From Kiritimatiellia bacterium (GTDB lineage: Bacteria > Verrucomicrobiota > Kiritimatiellia > RFP12 > UBA1067), in the NCBI GenBank assembly GCA_050949565.1, contig JBMNFY010000017.1:1664001-1728000 (forward strand): a DNA stretch of 64,000 bases. Reading direction: 5' to 3'. The notes beneath the pieces were generated by a model. The model worked only from the letters and a program-made list of their open reading frames with translations, made no database searches and had not been told where the DNA came from. The number at the start of each line of letters is the position of its first letter. The first letter of the stretch is position 1. This document shows, in pieces, positions 58,711 to 64,000 of this stretch. A program made the translations under genes and the position numbers.

Positions 58711-58881
58711 TTGTTACTAAAGCGCCGAAGCGAGAGACGGCAAAAGGTTGACAAAAACAGGTCCGTATAGGCCATAACCCCTTTCACTCGCCAGGCCGTT
58801 GGTTCATATAGGTTGCCGTCTGCTGACTGGGGTTATGGCCTAGTTTTTACACTTTGTTCAAAAGGTTATAGGAGGTGCCGC

Positions 58882-60351
58882 ATGAAGATGAAAGGTACAC
58901 GAATGGGGAGCAGCGTTCTTTTAGCGGCGTTGCTGATCGGATCAAGCGTTTTCGCCAAAGAGGCTGGTGCGCTTGATTTTCGCAAGGGTTTTTCGGGAGT
59001 CGCGGCGAAGGCGACGCCGGCGGTTGTGTTTATTCAGGTGGAGAAGCAGGTGCCGGCCGGGCACATGTATCAATTCAACAATCCCTTCGATCTGTTCGGC
59101 GATGATTTCGCGGAGCGGTTTTTTGGCGTGCCGCGCAGGCCACGTCCGGATCGCAGAGCGCCCAACCGCAATCGCCAGCCGATGTTCAAGCAGACCGGGC
59201 AAGGTTCGGGGTTCATCATCAGCAAGGATGGCTATATTCTGACCAACACCCACGTGGTGGGTGATGTAGACACAATCACGGTGCGCCTGTCAGACGGACG
59301 GGAGTTCAAGGCGAAGCGCATCGGTGCCGACCCGCGGACAGAGGTAGCGCTGATCAAAATCGAGTCTGAGGGCGATCTCCCGGTGCTGGAAATCGGCGAT
59401 CCGGAGAAGTTGCAGATCGGTGAGTGGGTGATTGCGATTGGCAACCCCTTTGGACTAAAGGAGACACTTACGGTGGGTGTAGTGAGTGCTAAAGGACGCA
59501 GTAACATCGGCATCACGGACTACGAAGATTTCATCCAGACCGACGCCGCGATTAATCCCGGCAACTCGGGCGGACCGCTCCTGAACATCGACGGCAAGGT
59601 TGTCGGAATCAACACGGCGATCTACAGCCGTAGCGGCGGCTACATGGGAATCGGGTTTGCGGTGCCGATCGATATGGCAATGCGCATCAAGGATCAGCTC
59701 GTCACAAGTGGCAGAGTGACAAGGGGTTACGTCGGCGTGTACCTCAATCCCGGCGAGGTTACCGAAGAGATGGCCAAGTCCTTTGGGCGCAACGAAGCGG
59801 GCGGCGTACTGATTGCCGAAGTGGAAAAAGACGGGCCTGCCGACAAGGCCGGCATCCGCAGCGGCGACATCCTGACCGAGTTGAACGGCGTCAAAATCAA
59901 AGGAAACACCTCGTTTCGGAACGATGTGGCACGGATCATGCCTAACACCAAAGCCGAGATCACGCTGTTCCGTGAGGGCAAGCCCAAGAAGGTGACGCTG
60001 ACTGTGGGGACATTCCCCGACGACGATGCGGTGGCGGGCCAGACCGAGGGCGGCGGCGAACTGGCTGAGAAGCTGGGGTTCCAGGTGCAAGAGTTGACAC
60101 CGGACATCGCGCGGGAACTCGGTTACGAAGACGATGACGAAGGCGTGGTGGTGTCGGAGGTGGACCCGGCTTCGGTCGCGTACGAGAAAGGATTGCGACC
60201 TGGGATGTTGATCATCGAAGTCAACCGGAGCGAGGTAGAGAACCTGAGAGACTTTAAGAATGCGGTAGGCAAGAGACGCGGGAAGGGCGTGTTGCTGCGG
60301 GTCAAGACCCGCGGGGGAACCGTCTTCATGAACCTGCCGGTGAACGATTAA
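58882..60351 (+). CDS. degP: DegP/HtrA (Do family) serine protease, two PDZ domains
   Basis: GSGFIIS, TNTHVV, IQTDAAINPGNSGGPL, two PDZ regions; AGGAGG RBS. Confidence 0.94.
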   Translation: MKMKGTRMGSSVLLAALLIGSSVFAKEAGALDFRKGFSGVAAKATPAVVFIQVEKQVPAGHMYQFNNPFDLFGDDFAERFFGVPRRPRPDRRAPNRNRQPMFKQTGQGSGFIISKDGYILTNTHVVGDVDTITVRLSDGREFKAKRIGADPRTEVALIKIESEGDLPVLEIGDPEKLQIGEWVIAIGNPFGLKETLTVGVVSAKGRSNIGITDYEDFIQTDAAINPGNSGGPLLNIDGKVVGINTAIYSRSGGYMGIGFAVPIDMAMRIKDQLVTSGRVTRGYVGVYLNPGEVTEEMAKSFGRNEAGGVLIAEVEKDGPADKAGIRSGDILTELNGVKIKGNTSFRNDVARIMPNTKAEITLFREGKPKKVTLTVGTFPDDDAVAGQTEGGGELAEKLGFQVQELTPDIARELGYEDDDEGVVVSEVDPASVAYEKGLRPGMLIIEVNRSEVENLRDFKNAVGKRRGKGVLLRVKTRGGTVFMNLPVND

Positions 60352-60393
60352 CCACACAACCAAAGTATATATAGACCACTCCTGTCATGCAGC

Positions 60394-60426
60394 ACCGGGG
60401 CCGGGTAACACCGGCCCCGGTTTTTT
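60394..60426 (+). terminator. Rho-independent terminator after degP
   Basis: ACCGGGGCCGG-GTAACA-CCGGCCCCGG followed by T-run. Confidence 0.85.
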
Positions 60427-60583
60427 GCCCTGAGGCTCTTACAAAACTCCTTGCTTGCAGGTGTGGCACGGGCATCTTGCCCGTGTTTCTTGCGTTCTGC
60501 GTTTTTCTGTTTTTGGGGTTGTCAAGTGCCACTGCTTTTTTTATCCTGAAAGACCAAGCTTGCGGAGAGAAAGAGAGGTTCGA

Positions 60584-61117
60584 GTGATTTTACCAGTGGT
60601 GACATACGGAAACGAGATCTTGCGGCAGAAGGCCGTCCCGATAGCGCAGATCACGGATGAGATCCGGCAACTGGCCAGCGACATGCTGGAGAGCATGTAT
60701 GCGGCCAAGGGGGTGGGGCTGGCCGCCGAGCAGGTCGGGCGCACCGAGAGCATCTGTGTGATCGACGTGCCGCGCGAGGCCGAGAAAGAGGAGTGCCGCG
60801 ACTTCAACGCTGAGATCGCCATGCCGCTGGTTCTGATCAATCCTGAGATCATCGAGACCGAAGGCTCGCAGCGCAACGAAGAGGGGTGCCTCAGTTTCCC
60901 GGAGATCGGTGCGCCGATCACGCGCGCCGACACCGTCGCAGTAACCTATCTGGACCTCGAAGGCCGTCGCCAGACCATCAAGGCGCGCGGACTGCTCTCG
61001 CGTGCCATCCAGCACGAGACCGATCATCTCAACGGCGTGCTACTGGTAGACCGCATGAGTCCGATGCAGAAACTCTCCGTCGCCGGCCAGCTCAAACGCC
61101 TGCAAAAAAAATCCTGA
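60584..61117 (+). CDS. def: Peptide deformylase
   Basis: GVGLAAEQVG, EGCLS, QHETDHLNG; GTG start after AGAGG. Confidence 0.95.
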   Translation: MILPVVTYGNEILRQKAVPIAQITDEIRQLASDMLESMYAAKGVGLAAEQVGRTESICVIDVPREAEKEECRDFNAEIAMPLVLINPEIIETEGSQRNEEGCLSFPEIGAPITRADTVAVTYLDLEGRRQTIKARGLLSRAIQHETDHLNGVLLVDRMSPMQKLSVAGQLKRLQKKS

Positions 61118-61136
61118 AAAATTTTCATTTTCCCCG

Positions 61137-61355
61137 TTGACTCCCTTGGCGGGGCTGTGGTAATGTGTGCGGCTCTTTCCGGGGCACCAGGCGGCGCGCG
61201 CCGCCCGGGGCGCCGGGGGGGCGGCGGAGGGGGTTGCGGTTTTTCCGCGATTTTTTCCGCCGGGGGGTTGACAGGGCTCCGGCTTTTTTGCTAAAGTCCC
61301 AACCCGCGCTTGCAGAAGGCGGCGACGCCGCGCGGCGCGAAATTGCTCTATGACA
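61137..61355 (+). promoter_or_regulatory. Tandem rRNA promoters and boxA-like site
   Basis: TTGACT-N18-TAATGT (61137), TTGACA-N18-TAAAGT (61268), TGCTCTATGACA (61344). Confidence 0.6.
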
Positions 61356-61522
61356 TCCGGTCGTTCAGGCGCTGAACCGCGTCGGGTCCCGAATCTTTTC
61401 AGAGGCGGGCCGGCGGGGATGCGGGAGAATAGGAAGCTTGTGACGAACCTGTCCGGAATCGAAAATGAGAGAAGGCGCGCGGCGCGGGGCCTGCGGGCTC
61501 TGGCGCGGCGCCTTCGCGAGAT

Positions 61523-63082
<1,560 letters not shown>

Positions 63083-63254
63083 TAAGGAGACAGGCCCCGC
63101 CGGGAGGCGGCGGCCGAAGGTGGAACGCCCTTTTTCAAAGAGGGCGTCCGGACGGAAGCGAAGCAGGCGGATGATTCTCCCGCACCCCCCCCGGGCCGCA
63201 GAGGCGGCCCGCCGCGAAGCGCCTGGACACGCGTCGAGAGAGACGCCCCGCGCC

Positions 63255-63330
63255 GGGGGCATAGCTCAGTTGGTAGAGCGCCAGCTTTGCAAGCTGGATG
63301 CCGCCGGTTCGAGCCCGGCTGCCTCCACCA
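63255..63330 (+). tRNA. tRNA-Ala(UGC)
   Basis: GGGGGCA/TGCCTCC stem with G3:U70, CCAGC-TTTGCAA-GCTGG, CCA end. Confidence 0.96.
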
Positions 63331-63450
63331 CCACGGGGTTTGTGGTTTGGGGTTCGGGATTTGTGGTTGCCGCGCATGCGGCGCTTTTCAATTCCTGAAT
63401 CCTAAATCCTAACTCCTAAATCCCGGAGGGAGCGCCGGCGCCCCGGAAGC

Positions 63451-63527
63451 GGGCGTGTAGCTCAGTCGGTTAGAGCGCGTCCCTGATAAGGACGAGGTCC
63501 CTGGTTCGATTCCAGGCACGCCCACCA
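63451..63527 (+). tRNA. tRNA-Ile(GAU)
   Basis: GGGCGTG/CACGCCC stem, CTGATAA loop, CCA end. Confidence 0.96.
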
Positions 63528-63676
63528 CTCAGCGGAAGGGTTCTCTCGGCAAGGCGCGGCCGGCATGGTTTTCCTGCCCCGTTTGCGGGGCGGGTTTTGA
63601 TCTTTGACAACTGCACAGTCTGGGTATCAATTTAAGAGTTGCAACGTAAGCGAGATTGGCGAGGGTTTCGATCTTC

Positions 63677-64000
63677 GGCCAAGCGTATACGGGCACACGA
63701 CGGATGCCTTGGCATCACGAGGCGATGAAGGACGCGGCAAGCTGCGAAAAGCCCCGGGGAGCGGCAAGCTCGCTCAGATCCGGGGGTGTCCGAATGGGGC
63801 AACCCCGCACCCGTCATGGGGTGCGATCCCGCGCTGAACACATAGGCGCGAGGAGGCGACACCGGGGGAAGTGAAACATCTCAGTACCCCGAGGAAGAGA
63901 AATCAACAGAGACTGCGCAAGTAGTGGCGAGCGAACGCGCAAGAGCCCAAACCGGACGGTTCACCGTCCGGGGTTGCGGGACCGCGGCGCGGCACGCGCG
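63677..64000 (+). rRNA. rrl: 23S rRNA, 5' part (truncated by window)
   Basis: GGATGCCTTGGC, GATGAAGGACG, CCGAATGGGGCAACCC, GAAGTGAAACATCTCAGTACC. Confidence 0.97.

Overview
A 64-kb GC-rich bacterial chromosomal segment, most likely from a PVC-superphylum organism (Kiritimatiellota/Verrucomicrobiota-like, judged from 16S style, protein C-terminal motifs and repeat types; not database-verified). The left part carries an FHA-sigma54 activator and a divergent lipoprotein / ~3460-aa giant secreted repeat protein / M6 metalloprotease cluster, followed by housekeeping and catabolic genes (metXW-cysE-pepP, alkaline phosphatase, NSS transporter, MFS-SDR-RraA, rpmB, glycosidases, hldA-gmhB-rluD). At tRNA-Pro(UGG) (39479-39555) a ~5.8-kb capsid-less, phage-satellite-like element has integrated (53-bp att duplication; integrase, HTH, excisionase, Zn-finger, Rep, two paralogous small ORFs, a lambda-cosQ-like site), with many frameshifts. 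Beyond attR lies a defence-like block: a single-chain restriction-modification gene, an ISNCY-like IS, and an unannotated toxin-like / degenerate ImmA-IrrE gene pair. The window ends with SIS-ribokinase, a PHP phosphatase, a DUF4962/heparinase-like lyase, degP, def and an rRNA operon (16S, tRNA-Ala, tRNA-Ile, partial 23S). Intergenic regions contain mosaic short-repeat cassettes, MITE/REP-like palindromes and heptamer repeats.
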